64,000 nt of DNA, from positions 14,228,645 to 14,292,644 of the forward strand of contig OZ316893.1 of NCBI GenBank assembly GCA_973895155.1, written 5' to 3'. Shown here in pieces: positions 24,301 through 37,600 of this stretch. The translations under genes and the position numbers were made by a program. This DNA comes from Marsupella aquatica (lineage: Eukaryota; Plantae; Marchantiophyta). Each line of letters begins with the position of its first letter. The stretch's first letter is position 1. Below the pieces are notes generated by a model that searched no databases, was not told the DNA's origin, and saw nothing but the letters and a program-made list of their open reading frames with translations.

Positions 24301-27300
24301 AAATCGGGAAGGTTTGACAAAGCTCGTCAGCCGCGACAGTGTGAAAACTTCATCCAATCAAGTTGGGTTGAAGTGGGAAGGACGTCTCACGAGGTGGTTA
24401 GAATTGAATCGATCGTAAAGTCCTTGCACTCCAAATGTGAGGCAAGGAGCAGAAGGTTGAAGATGCTGACAATCACACAAGACATTACGTACACTGCTCA
24501 TATTTATCAATACGGACAAGATTCCTACGAAAAGGCACATAAAGCAGATCATGCGTTTTATTCTAAACGACAAGGCGTAGGGCAGTCAAGTAGAACTCAT
24601 TCAACTTTCGGACAGAGGCTCGGAATTCAGTTTGACATCCAGTCTAACTAAAACTCTTTGATATGATTCCGCAGGGGAGGCGGTCTATGTCGATGATATT
24701 ACTCCTGTAAAGGGGACTCTGTATGCAGCATTCGTTCTATGTGACAAGCGGCCGGGTAGAATCTTGAGCATCGAAGCTTCGGAAGCTCTAAAATCTCCAG
24801 GGGCAGTTGACTTTGTGAGTGCGAAGGACATCCCTGGGAAGAACGTTGCATACAACTTCTTTCTCAGTGAAGACCGGCTTTTTGCCGAAGACAGAGTGGA
24901 GTGCATATATGATACAATTGGCCTCATGGTTCGTTTGAACCGACAATCTTCCCTCCTGATCAAACTACCCTTATGCTAATTTGGTTATAGCATGTTTGTA
25001 ACAGTTCCTCCAGTTTTGGGGAATCATTTGCAGTGTGGTCGATTCAATGGACCTTCTGTCTACCATGTTCAGGCAGCCGCTCTTTGTCTTGTCCAAGAAG
25101 AAAACAAAAATCTCTTCATAAGGTTATCCCTCGTGTCTAGCCTGTCGTACCTTTTGCGCGTTCAGGACAATTTCTTGATTGCAGAACTACTTGCTATGCA
25201 GTTCTACTTTCACAGCAAACCTCGTTTAACTTATCTCCTTTGCCATGGAAGGTCGCTGATTCGTACGAAAATGCACGAGAGGCAGCCTCGAAAGTCAGGA
25301 TCAGTATTGAGGAGGAAGAGCGAAGCCTGTTCACTTTTGAGGAGGCCATAGCGAAGGAGTCATATGCAAAGTTCAGCGGATTTTTCAGCAGTGCAGGGTC
25401 CGTGTCTATTGGCGAAGACCTCGTTACAGGCGACCACAGAATCGAAAATGGGGAGGTAATTAACTTCTTATGATCACTCCAATATTTGCACCTACCTCTT
25501 AAGCAAAATCCGTGCACAACTTCAGATACGTTGCAGATCGAATTTTTCAGTTTTGTGCTAAGCCATTTGTAAGGGATTTTCTACGATGCATATGAAATAT
25601 TAGATCAGACTGCTAACAGTACTCATCCTTTTTCTATCGAAGACAAACGAACGTGGAGAGTGACGAATTTCAAATTGTCTTTGTAAAAGGTTTATTGCGG
25701 TTCACAGTACCCCTTTTACATGGAGACACAAACAGCATATGCAATTCCAGATGAGGACGACACTATGACAGTGTACTCTGCGACACAAGCTGTAGTGAAT
25801 GTACAAAATGCTGTCTCAGTATGTCTTGGTATTCCGATGAATTCTGTGCGAGTCATCACGAGAAGACTTGGAGGTGCGTTTGGAGGGAAAACCTCGAGAT
25901 CCAGTACAGTAAGTATTCGTTTCTGTTGTTTCCTTCAGCTTAAGCTCATGTTCTACGTATCTGTTGTTTTCCTTTCTCCTTGCTCAAAATCAGTCTCGTA
26001 AAACATTATGTGATCTTACGGTGCCTTTCACTATAATGAGAGGGGCAGCAATTCAGTTTTATAGAGGTGATTCAAGCAATCTAAACCGTTGATTAGAGAT
26101 GGCCGGTCACACTTCACTTCACATAACGATTGGGGCCCATTTGATGCTGATGTGGAAAGCATATTTGTCCTAGACTTTAGACGTCCTCTGGAGTGGTATA
26201 AAAGAATTTTCCTTTAGGAAAGGCAGAAGTTCAGGGAGAGGCGTGAAGCAACCGTGAGATTTTTCTGACATACAGTTTGGAAGATTCGAACCATTGATTA
26301 TCTAGGTTTGGACGGGAGATTTTGGGCTCTCCTTTTGGTTTGGTAATATGAAGAAAATTGCCCCGCTCGTTATGCAAAGCCCCCCTCAGTGATGATACTG
26401 CCTTCGGCCAACTGGCGTTGTCTTGTAGATTTCCAGTGAGCTGGATGGGTCTTGTAGCATCGAGTTGTTGTCTTGGGAACTGCAGCTGGCTATATGACGG
26501 TCGAGATGATTTGTCCAACGCGCAATGTCTACCTTGTTTTGTCTGCTTCTCAAATTGGAGTTCCTGACGGAGACAGACTTTTCTGGCATACTCGAAAAGT
26601 TTCTTGTGGGTGAACACCTCAATGCCCTCGTTGAATTTACAGGTTGCTGTGGCCTGTGCGTTGGCTGCTTGTAAGTTGAAGAGACCAGTACGAATTGCTT
26701 TGGACCGACAGACAGACATGCGCTTGTGCCCGGGACGCCATGAGGCTAAAGCCACTTATACTGTTGATTTCAATGAGGATGGAACAGTAGTTAGCCTTCA
26801 GGCGAACGTTTTTATGAACGGTGGCCGGGGGACGGACATGTCTGGGATTGCACTTCATGGGATATCGTATGGGTTTCGGCAATACAATTGGGGATCACTC
26901 AGAGTCGAATGCAAGGTCTGCTTAAACAATCAAGTCAGCAGGGGAATAGTGCGAGGCCCAGGAGAAATTCAAGGGCATTTCATAGCAGAAACAATCATTG
27001 AACACGTTGCTGCCTATCTTGGTATTGATTCCTGGAAGGTAAGGGAGAGAAACATGCACAATGTGGAAAGTCTTAACAAATTCTTCCCAGCTATCACCAG
27101 TTCTGTGAATTCATATACTCTGCCTTACATATGGCAAAAATTGAAGGACCAGTCACGATTTGAAGAAAGGAGTCTGGCTGTGAGGAACTTTAATGCAAGT
27201 AGTAAGTGGGAGAAGAAAGGCATCGACATTTTGATTGGGGTTTATAGTTCTGGGACAATTGCAAGGCAGGCCAGGGTAAACATCTTCGAGGACGGATCTA

Positions 27301-30009
27301 TAGCAGTAGAAGTGGGTGGGATTGAGATGGGCCAGGGGTTGCACACAAAGGTCAAACAGGCCGTTGCCTATGGCCTAAGTAAACTCTGGGGACAAGAAGC
27401 ACATGCTTTGGAGCGGTTGGACATGTCAAGAATACGAGTTGTGCAGAACGATTCAATTAGTTTGGCAAATTCAATGATTACAGCCGGGAGTACTACATCA
27501 GAAGCGTCCTGTCAGGCTGCACTCTTAGCATGTGAATCATTGGTGGAAAGCCTTAGACCTTTTTTGGATCAAGTTCGACAAAGCGGAGCCACTCCAGCTT
27601 CATGGGATGCTATAATCACAATGGTATTACCCCTCTCCATTTCTGCTCTTGACTTCAGCGGCTAAAAGCTCGACGTGAGGAACGTTCCATTGTTCAAGCT
27701 TCCAATGTCTAACAAACTTCCGTGGATGTTAGGAGCCTTGCCTGTTAGACGTTCCATCGTCTCGCCAACTTCCGAAATCGTTGAAAACCGTTCATGTTTT
27801 GAGCGTGCTGTGTTTTCAAAAGCTTAAAAACGTCACAACCGTCAGTCTGGAAAGTTTGAGAGTTATGTATATCTAGTTGTGTCCTGAAGATACCAGAGCT
27901 TTCAGGAACTAGAACTTTACATCTAACAGTGTCCTCATACCTTCCTTGGTTTCATTCAAAGGCATCTTTCTCTGGAAGAAACGTTATCGATTTCTCGTTC
28001 CTTTGCTTAAACTGCCATCATGATTGGAAATATTTGCGACTGCAAACTTGATCCTGTAAACCCTTTTTTGACATCGACCCTCGTTTTCATGAGCACTGAA
28101 GACATGCCAATTCATGGTTTGTTAGTAAGAACTGACAGGAACTTGGACCTTTGCACGACAATTGAATAAATTTATATCTACGGTTTTTTGGACGGAATGC
28201 AGGCCAATTATGGAGGTGGGAGTCTAACAGCCCATGGAAATTTTGTAATAGCAGAGAGTTACATAAATTTTGGGGTGTGTGTAAGTGAGGTAAAGTGAGC
28301 ATACCCAAGAACCAATTGATTTAATGCGAGGGTAAATTTCGTGGCTATTAGAGATGCTTTTCACAGATGAACTGTCCAAAGTAGAAAGCATGAAGAACAG
28401 GGGTTTTGCTTTTGTTCAAGTGAGTTGCTTCACATTATCTTTTTTACCAAAACTGCTGTAAATTCTATCTTGTTTTTGTCAGTGGCATTCACATGCCAAT
28501 TTAGGCACCGAATTTTGATAAACAAACCACTGATAGAAAGTCCAGGAGTTGTCTCACTTTGTATTAATACTTCCTCATGCATGGTTTCCGTTTTGAATTG
28601 ATTGAGGTGCATACACGCGTGCTTCGATACCAGTTCTATTGTGTTAGTCGTGTAAATCTAACTCGTAATTTGGACTAAAACAAGAAGTATGCTCTCTTCC
28701 TAAGCCGCTTTCCACAATTTCAAGGTAACTATGTTCCACGGACAGACAACACATGCCGACTTAAAATGATGTTTCTTAGTTGATGAAATGGCAGGTTTCC
28801 ATCAATGTTCTCACAGGAGCCACAACCATATTACAAATAGATCTGGTATACGACTGCGGGCGGAGCCTCAACCCTGCTGTTGATATTGGCCAAGTAAGTT
28901 CTGAATTCTATTCTCGGATTGCTTTGCACTTCAACATGCGAATGAAGCCTTCGCTCCAGAAATCGCACCAGCTGCTGAAAAGGAAATCTAGATGGTCACT
29001 TTGAATCCCAGTGCTCATTCTTCCATTGTAGAGAAGATTACGTACGCATCGCTCGAAATCATGTCTATAACTCACAGCCTATAACTTCAATAATTACCAA
29101 ATTTATCAAGAAGTTGAGGACATTGGTTTATTGTAGCAAAAGTGTCACACCTATCGCGAGCCCTAGCAGTTTCCATACAACGACATCCTCCAGAACCTTG
29201 TGAGTGGCTTGCTGTGTTTGGGTATCAAAATAATTTGGCCCTGCTTGAAAGTTCTGACAAGGAAGTGGGTTTGCAGATTGAGGGTGCCTTTATGATGGGA
29301 GTGGGATTTTACTTGACGGAAGAGTTAACTCTGGAGGAAGGGAGGTCGATTCCTACTGGCACCTGGGATTACAAGCCACCGACCGCAGACAACATTCCGC
29401 AAAGGTTTCATGTCGAGCTCTCGAATACGAAGGCCAACAGGAACAGAATTCTTTCTTCAAAAGGTGACACCCTCTGGGCCATACTTGCAATTATCTTCCC
29501 TTCACACAAGCGATAGTATTCCTGAATTCGAGCAGGGTTTGTTAGAATTCCACGTGTTGAATCTCTTCTCGGAATGTTTTTATCTGGAAACTGTGGTACT
29601 AGAAGTAATTTGGTCGTCATTCATGAGTATTACCGAGATGCAGGAGAGTGGTCACGTTGAACAGTTGTTTTGATGGCTCATGAAAGGAACTTCAATGAGC
29701 TCACCACATGATGGACGACACTGGTGTTGATTGCTTTCATATGCCGTTTGTTGGTGTGCAGCGTCTGGTGAGCCCCCAATCTTATTGGCGAAGTCGGTCC
29801 ACTCAGCTGTGAGAAATGCAATAAGTGCAGCACGAGACGACCTTCTGCACCTTCCCACGCCAAAACTGAAAGAGCAGGCAAGCGGTGGAGTTGCGAGTGG
29901 CCTGAAGGCTAATGCTTACTTTCGGTTGAACAGTCCTGCTTCCATAGACAAAGTGAAAGAACTCTGCGGCTTAGACAACGTAGAGAGATATCTACACTCT
30001 TTACCGTAA
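21362..30009 (+). CDS. AO: Aldehyde oxidase (plant AAO family; 2x[2Fe-2S], FAD and Moco domains), 10 exons, ~1440 aa
   Basis: Exons 21362-21494, 22217-24127, 24675-24928, 25252-25455, 25690-25908, 26643-27623, 28203-28289, 28795-28893, 29277-29463, 29762-30009; all GT-AG and phase-compatible, total 4323 nt. Motifs CGEGGCGAC, SQCGFCTPG, GNICRCTGYRPI, ASLGGN, QASGEAVYVDD, GGAFGGK, GGIEMGQGLHTK, GQIEGAF, SKASGEPP. GGKT rather than XDH GGKE favours AO over xanthine dehydrogenase. Confidence 0.95.
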
Positions 30010-30471
30010 TTAGTATCATAACTTATATAGTCTCCCTGCATAAATAGTATCACACACACTAATCAGGGTGTGATTATAAATCTGAAAAAATATAAATATT
30101 AGTACAAGTAGAGAGTTCAGTCTATTGTCATCCGTTCTAATTTGATTTTGATTGTATTTATAACCTGGTTGTCATTTCATCATACTTTAATGAAATCTGA
30201 ATTTCAATTGACATTCATTTTTAATTTTATATGCCATCGCAAATATATCTTACTACTAGAAATATTTATACTTTTCATAAGCTATATACATAATATGTGT
30301 TCATCACACACTATTTGAGTGTCACCAAAAATAATCTCACTTACTCTAATTTATAATAACATGGATTTAGTCTCACTTCTTATATAGTCTCACACACATT
30401 AATTACGGTGACAGCTTTCAAAAACCTTTGTTCCCAAATACTGTGTGTGAGATTAATTACGGTAATCAGTG
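29995..30471. mobile_element. 477-bp MITE (CACT...AGTG, TA TSD) overlapping the AO stop codon
   Basis: CACTCTTTACCGTAATTA / TAATTACGGTAATCAGTG (16/18); TA at 29993-29994 and 30472-30473; termini resemble those of 18115-18549. Confidence 0.85.
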
Positions 30472-33400
30472 TACAATCATTGTTCCATTAGCTCACTTTC
30501 CATGAGCATTGAGGATTTTGAAGGTGACTCCCCATTCAGAAAAATAAAAAGTGGTTACACTGCATCACTTAAAAAGTGTGATTATTTCTATAATAAACTG
30601 AAAAACCTTGTCTGAATTTTCATAAAAGGATATTGTCCTAGCCAGTGCCTTTTTTCTATGCATTTCACATTTGCTACCAGGTGAAGTGGGTTGCAAATCC
30701 TCCCAATAGGTGGTATTCAAAAAGTTTGTGATTATTTGTCAAGATCAAGGGTCCAGATCTGACCACACAGATCTAGTGGTTGTAGTGTGATCATACAGCA
30801 TTTTGATACTTGGAGGCTTCTCAGCAAAGCTATAAGTGCCACCTCCCAAAATCCAAAAGGAAATTCTGGTCGTAACCCACTGTAGAAAACCCACTGTATA
30901 AACCATCCAGTGGGTTTAGAAAATAGATAATCCATGACCTCCACTGCCATAAGTGTTCACAAGTATATCTTGCAACATAAATACAAATATTTAATTGTAA
31001 AGGATGTTCAATGGGTTACATTACAAAACCCACTGCCTCCACTGGCATTAAGCCAAGTCTTTGTCTAGGGCGTCCAATGGATTGCAAAAATCCATAACCC
31101 ACTGCCTCCATTCCCAACAGCAATCACAAGTATAACATGCACCAAAAGTACAAAATGAAAATTTAGACCGTGGTAAAGAATTGGGCATCACTTCCAATAG
31201 CAATCAGAAGTCACTGGACTGAGAGCGCACTGTCACTTGATGACATACATGATATGGTGGCAGCCTTGGCCTGAGACTTGGGGTACCATGTTGCAATGGA
31301 GCAACTACCAGTGCTTCCACCCCGTGATTACTAACAGGCGACAGACAATTTTGGCTTTCTAGGGGTGAAGTCTGCTTCCTAAGGGATCCTATTGGCCCTC
31401 CTCTGCAATTAACTTTGGAGCTTTAACTGCCTGCATTTCAGCTTATTACTCAGTAGGGCTTTAGTTCATTCCCCGGGACTCGAAGTGGGGTTTTTAAAAA
31501 AAAAATCTCCCCTTTATTGGGTCTCCTTGATGTGGCACTTTTTTAGCAGTGTCATTTATATTAAAAGGTTGTGAGAGCATCTCCATCCGATTTGCCCTCT
31601 CCAGCCGCTATCCCCAACATTTCCCGTTGGACTTTAGGGGCCTGAATATTCCAGGCCAACGTAGTCTACCATACGATCCCCACCGCACTCCCCAAACCAG
31701 CCCCCCATTCATGGACTTCCCCTTTTGATATCTTAAAAATCCATGCAAAACATTTTATTTTTTATTCTTATGTCCACACAGTCCATGTAACATTATATAC
31801 TGTTCATGCAAAATGTTATTGTAGTAGCCAAAGGGTTTCTTACTTTTCCTTGGTATTCCACTGTCCATAATTGCCAAAAGGTTAGTTAAGTTACTTTGGA
31901 AAATGTTATAGTAGTTAACTGAAGAGTTTCTTTCTACCCATGGTTATTTCAAAAAAAATTCAATTAAACAGAAATTTTTAAACAATCTATTGGAAAACAT
32001 TGATATATCAATCAGAACCCATTCAAAAGTTAGTTTTTTTAACCTCTTTTTACACCTTTCTTTGTTTATTTGAAGTCTTCAATTTTACATTGTTTTTATA
32101 GTTATAGGGTTTAATTGTTTTTCTTTGTCTTGCTTCAAACACAAATAGTCATGTTGTGTTCTTTCTTGCACAACTAACTGTTCTTGTTTGTGACCAATAA
32201 TGCTCACGTGGATACATGTGCTTCCAGGGATTTTGAAAGGAACATCCCATGGAAGTCAGTAATTTTTTTTTGGTTTTTTCTGTTTGGAAGAAGAGGGAAA
32301 CCCAACCCCACACAAAAGTTGAAGCTCACTTGTGGGCTCTTCAAGTTAAACCATGGCTCAATACCCCTGTCTATTGTGAGGCATAGAGGTGATTAGTCTG
32401 GCTGCTCATTTTTCAGTCATTAAATGATCCCAAAAGTCACCATGTTCTCAGCCATAGTTTTGCATTAACAATAAGGAAGACATTTGGGGTTTTATCTCGA
32501 ATAACACATGCATTAACTTTTTTGTTCTTGTTGTAAAATTTTGCAAAGCACAAGAAGGAAGGAATGACCACTTGGAAAAGGGGAAAAGAGGCAAGAATGA
32601 CCAGTTGACCACCTTTCCTGAGGTCCTTACTCTAGAACATTTTAAGCCTCATTTCCCTACCACCTTTTGTCTTCAAGGGAATTAGTGACTCAAAGGTAAA
32701 AGCATATAAAGTTCCCAATATTCCCTCATTTTACTAGAATAGACGACAAAGCATTGGCGTTGAGCATTCTTTGAATTTCATTAAGGACATGATCTTGGGT
32801 CTCAGTGCCAGATGCTGCCCTCAAGGATCATGAGAACTCTTCAGATACAAAAAATACAAGAGGGTGCAGTTTCCAGGGTCATTTGTGGTAGGGTAGCATA
32901 ATCCCCTCCTCTCTTTCCTCATTGGTAGTTTCATGGGAGGTCCCAGCCATAAGCCCTAGTTGGCTTGCAAGTCTCAAATTTTTTTAAGTGCTGTGTGAAA
33001 AACAAGTGCTTGGTTGTGCTTGCTAACCCATGGTCTATTAGGAAGCCATGGCCGTAACCCTCTCCAGCTCACGCCCTTGGAGATTACAGCCCACAATGCC
33101 CTCCAGTCCATGGATTATCCGACACATTCCTTGTGATGTAGGAGGTCTTGATTTCAAGGGTTGCACTACACATGTTAGTTTTGCACCCACTCTATTACAT
33201 ACGAAACGAGTCCACAAACTTAAAAAACTTAAGTGGCTCATAGGCTGTTGGTTGTAGGTCGCCTCTAAACAAATCACTCTTGGTGACCCTACGCACTATA
33301 CTCTTGAGCTTTACCAGACTTTTCTAGGTACAAGTGAGTATGTCTTTAAAAAAAAATTAAAAAAATATACACACTTTTTATATACAAAGGGACCAAACAG

Positions 33401-33609
33401 AGTACAAATGAACAAACAAAAGAGGGCCCAAGTGGACAAAACCAATCGAAAAAGAAGTGAGCAAAAGGGAACCACTAAACACCAAGAAAGAGGAACTAAA
33501 AGTAAGAAATGAACAATAGGGAACCCCTAAAAACCAAGAAAGAGAGAGAGACTAAAACTAACCCAAGCGGACCGAGGTCCTCATCATTCCTACCGATTGT
33601 GGCAAAAAG

Positions 33610-34105
33610 CTAATGGTCCACATCAAGAGTCAAAACTAGATCGGCAAGTGGGATTGGAACATCCTCAAGGGGAGCTAGCCGCTGCGGAGGCACACTAGCA
33701 CCCACTGTAAGAGATCGACGATAGATGGCCCGAGCTTGAGCACGCTGTAAGGTGACTGAAATGCGTTGGCGAAAGTGCGTGGTCAAAATAGAAAGCGGGG
33801 GTCCGGTGGGACCCATTCGGCCATGAACATCCCGGGCAGCTTGCCGAAGAAGCCCATCAAACTGAGGATGAAGACGCCCAAATAGCTCCACAGCAAGGGG
33901 GAGGAAGCTGTCGGATGAAGCTCGTGCAGCATATTTGGCCTCCTTCGTTGTTGCCGCACGTGACGCTGCTGCCCCTGCCGTAGTTGCCGCTGTCCCAATG
34001 ATGTCTTGGCGCAATGGGTTTGCCACCACAACATCTGCCAAAGTACGTTGACCCTCACGGACCATGGTAAGATCCACCCGTAACCGCTGTGATGGAGGAC
34101 CAGGT
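33610..34105 (-). pseudogene. CRE copy A C-terminal restriction-like endonuclease segment
   Basis: GPPSQRLRVDLTMVR..LADVVV..KEAKY..RQRISVTLQRAQARAI...DVDH*. Confidence 0.85.
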
Positions 34106-34508
34106 TGTTGAGCATAGACGACGATCGCAACGGCAAGCCCATGAACCATCCAACGCACAATAGTCGACACAAGAGATACGTGGTTCACCTCCTTGAGGCT
34201 ACGTCCACGGGAACACACAAGAGAGCTTTACTGAACTCTAAGCCCGTCGGCTATACCGAGTCTCCACAGTGTAAGCTCTCCCTATCTCTCAAGTGGCTCC
34301 ATAACAATGAGCCTTGGTTCTACCTCTCCAAGCACACATGCCTCTTATGATATAGTGTGCAACTTAGTTGTACCTAACCACATAGTTGTACCTAACCACG
34401 TAGTTGTACCTAACCACATAGTTGTACCTAATCACGTAGTTGTACCAACCCACGTTGTTGTACCAACCACGTCATACCTAACCTAGACGTAAGAGTAAAT
34501 ACCCAACA
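34106..34508 (-). repeat. 3' LTR of copia-1, with six 18-bp tandem units at 34365-34471
   Basis: Adjacent to the PPT; no differences from 39702-40104 seen. Confidence 0.97.
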
Positions 34509-34698
34509 ATCTTCCCCTTGACTCTGGTCTAGGGGAGAGTAATACTGCCAATATATATGATCCCTCAGCGGGAAGTTCTGGACAAAAACCAAACCGGTTT
34601 CCCTCTCTAACTAGAGCAAACCAGAACTAAGCCGTAGCCTAATACATAGGAATGAGGAAGAGCATATATCAGTAATTACAATGAATGTTAAGAAAACT

Positions 34699-37600
34699 CT
34701 ACTTGTGATGCAATTGCAAAACCTGCAATATGTCACGGTGTCTAGAGAAACTCTCCAAAGGAATCACTTTGGTAAATGCGTCAACCGGGTTGAGTTTACC
34801 ATCAATCTTGACTAGCTCAAACAAATTATCAAACACAGCCTGCCTGATAAAATGGTACCTAACGTCAATGTGCTTCACTCTGCTGTCCATCACCTGGTTC
34901 ACAGCAAGGTGGAGCACACTTTGACTATCACAATGGAGCTTCACATTCCCCTGTGGCAATCCCATTTCAGTGATAAGTCTATCCAACCAAATCGCTTCCT
35001 TTGCTGCTTCCGCAGCTGCAACATACTCCGCTTCTGTAGTAGACTGAGCAATACACTTCTGCAAAGTAGACCTCCAACTTATGCATCCACCGCCAAGTGT
35101 GAACACGTATCCTGTTGTTGATCTCCTTCGGTCCAAATCTTGTCCATAGTCAGAATCTACATAGCCAATCAATGATCTAGATTTCTTTGCATTCGCATCA
35201 AATAAAAGACCATGATCCACGGTACCCTTCAAGTACCTGATAATCCACTTCACTGCTTCCTAGTGTACCTTCCCTGGATTCGACATGTACCTGCTCACCT
35301 TGCCCATAGCCATGGCAAGATCAGGTCTAGTGCAAGTCATCAAATACATGAGACTCCCCACTGCCTTGTCATATGGAACCTTTGACATCAACCCCTTCTC
35401 TGTGTCATCCGTAGGACAGAACGCTGATGATAACTTGAAGTGTGGAGCCAACGGGGTACTTACTGGCTTGCTATTCTCCATGTTGAACCTTGCAATTACC
35501 TTCCTCGCATAACTGCTCTGCGTCAACCATAGCTTGCCAGCCTCCAAGTCCCTAGTGATCTCCATACCCAAAATCCTCTTAGCTGGCCCTAAGTCCTTCA
35601 TCTTAAACTCTGCACTAAGCAGTGCCTTGAGCTTAACAATCTCAGACCTATCCTTGGCTGCAATTAGCATGTCATCCACATAAAGTACTAAAACAATGAA
35701 CCCAAAGACAACATTCTTCACCGGTTTCAAATACACACAAGGGTCAAATACACTTCTGTGAAAACCTTGTGACCGAATCCAATCGTCAAACCGCTTGTTC
35801 CACTGTCTTGGTGACTGCTTCAACCCATACAAGGATTTCAGCAATCTGCAAACCAATTCCTCCTGTCCTCTCTTCACAAAACCTAGCGGTTGTCTCATGA
35901 AGATCACCTCTTCTAATGTGCCATAGAGGAAAGCTGTGACAACATCCATCTGATCTAGGAGTAGACCAAACATTACAACAAGTACACACAATAGTCGTAT
36001 TGTAGAGTACTTAGCAACTGGTGAGAAGACCTCATTGTAATCCACACCTTTCTCTTGTGTGAATCCCTTTGCTACCAATCTAGCCTTGTAGACCTTCGAT
36101 CCACCTCCTATGGAATTATCCTTCAGCTTGTAAATCCACTTGCTGTCCACCACTTGCTGACCCTTAGGCAGCTTAACAAGCTCCCAAGTTTTGTTGTCCT
36201 TTAGTGACTGCATCTTCGTTTGCATTGCTGCAGTCCACTTCTGCTTCTCCTTTGAAGCACTTGCCTCATGAAATGAAGAAGGTTCTCCTTCTTCCAAAAT
36301 TAACGCATCACCCTCATCATCAGCTGTAAAATCATCCTCTTGCAGTTGAGATGAATCAACCCACTGTCCATACCTTGATGGAGCGCGTACAGTGCGACCA
36401 GATGTTCTTCTAGCCGATGACTCCGGTTGATCTACGTGTGCTGGTACAATTTGAAGCTCAACAGCATCCACTTGTTGCTCACCAGCATCAACAAACTCCT
36501 CTGGTTCCTCTGGCACAGGAACCAGCTCCATAATTGGAGCAACTCCTTCTCTCCGGTCATGCACCTCATAACCAATCTCCCCCTCAACGAGATCCGGGAT
36601 AGGAGATTTTCCTTTGTCAGTACGGGAGACCTGAGTATTCTCCCCCTCCTTTAATAATCTGGATTCATTGAAGGAAACATCCCTACTGACAACGAGCTTA
36701 CAGGCAATAGGATCCCATAGCCTATAGGCTTTCACACCACTATGGTACCCAAGAAAAACACATTTCCTGGAGGTAAGATCCAACTTGGTCCTATTCTGCT
36801 TTGGTGTGAGAGCATATGCATCACTTCCAAAAATTACCAAGCCATGATAGTCTGCTTGCCGCTTATAGCGCATCTCAAACGGCGTTTTGAAATTGATAGC
36901 ACTAGAAGGAGAAAGATTTACCAAATAAGCTGCGGTATTGACAACTTCTGCCCAAAATTCTTGTGGTAAACCTGATTGGCTCAACATACTCCGTGACCGC
37001 TCCAACAGTGTCCGATTGAGCCTCTCAGCGACACCATTCTGCTGCGGAGTATAAACTGTGGTGAGATGACGAGTTATCCCCTGTTCTGAACAGTACTCTT
37101 CAAATTCCATTGAAGTGTACTCCCCGCCGTTGTCTGACCTCAGACTCTTCACCCTTGTATCCAAACACTTGATCGTGTTTCCAGTCTGATTCTCCACCTG
37201 GGCCTTCCACTTCTTAAAAATGGACAAGACATCAGACTTATGCGTCATGAAATAAATCCACACAAATCTTGAGTAATCATCAATAAATGATACATAGTAC
37301 AACTTTCCAGAGTGTGAGGGAGTCGGGGATGGACCCCACACGTCACTATGTATGTACTCAAGAACCGCTTTGGAACGATGAGTTCCAACACCAAAAGCAC
37401 GACGATGCTGCTTTCCAAGAATGCAATGCTCACAAAACTCTAATTTACAAGATTGCAAATCAGAAATGAGTCCATTCTTCCGTAAGATAGCCAAACCCTT
37501 CTCACTCATGTGGCCTAGCCGTGAATGCCACAGTTGAGTCATCTCCTCGTGAGACTTGGTTACATTGGCCTCTCCACATACAGTATTGCCCTGTAACACA

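Noticed and set aside
24154-24651. 165-aa ORF in AO intron 2, and antisense ORFs over exon 2
   Set aside because: No recognisable motifs; intronic or shadow frames.
27961-28020. Alternative AO exon 7 (ASFSGRNV...)
   Set aside because: 28203-28289 has better splice sites and the conserved YxNFG..VSE motif.
21362-30009. Xanthine dehydrogenase assignment
   Set aside because: Lacks the XDH GGKE and AFRGFG signatures; exon layout and C-terminus fit plant AO.
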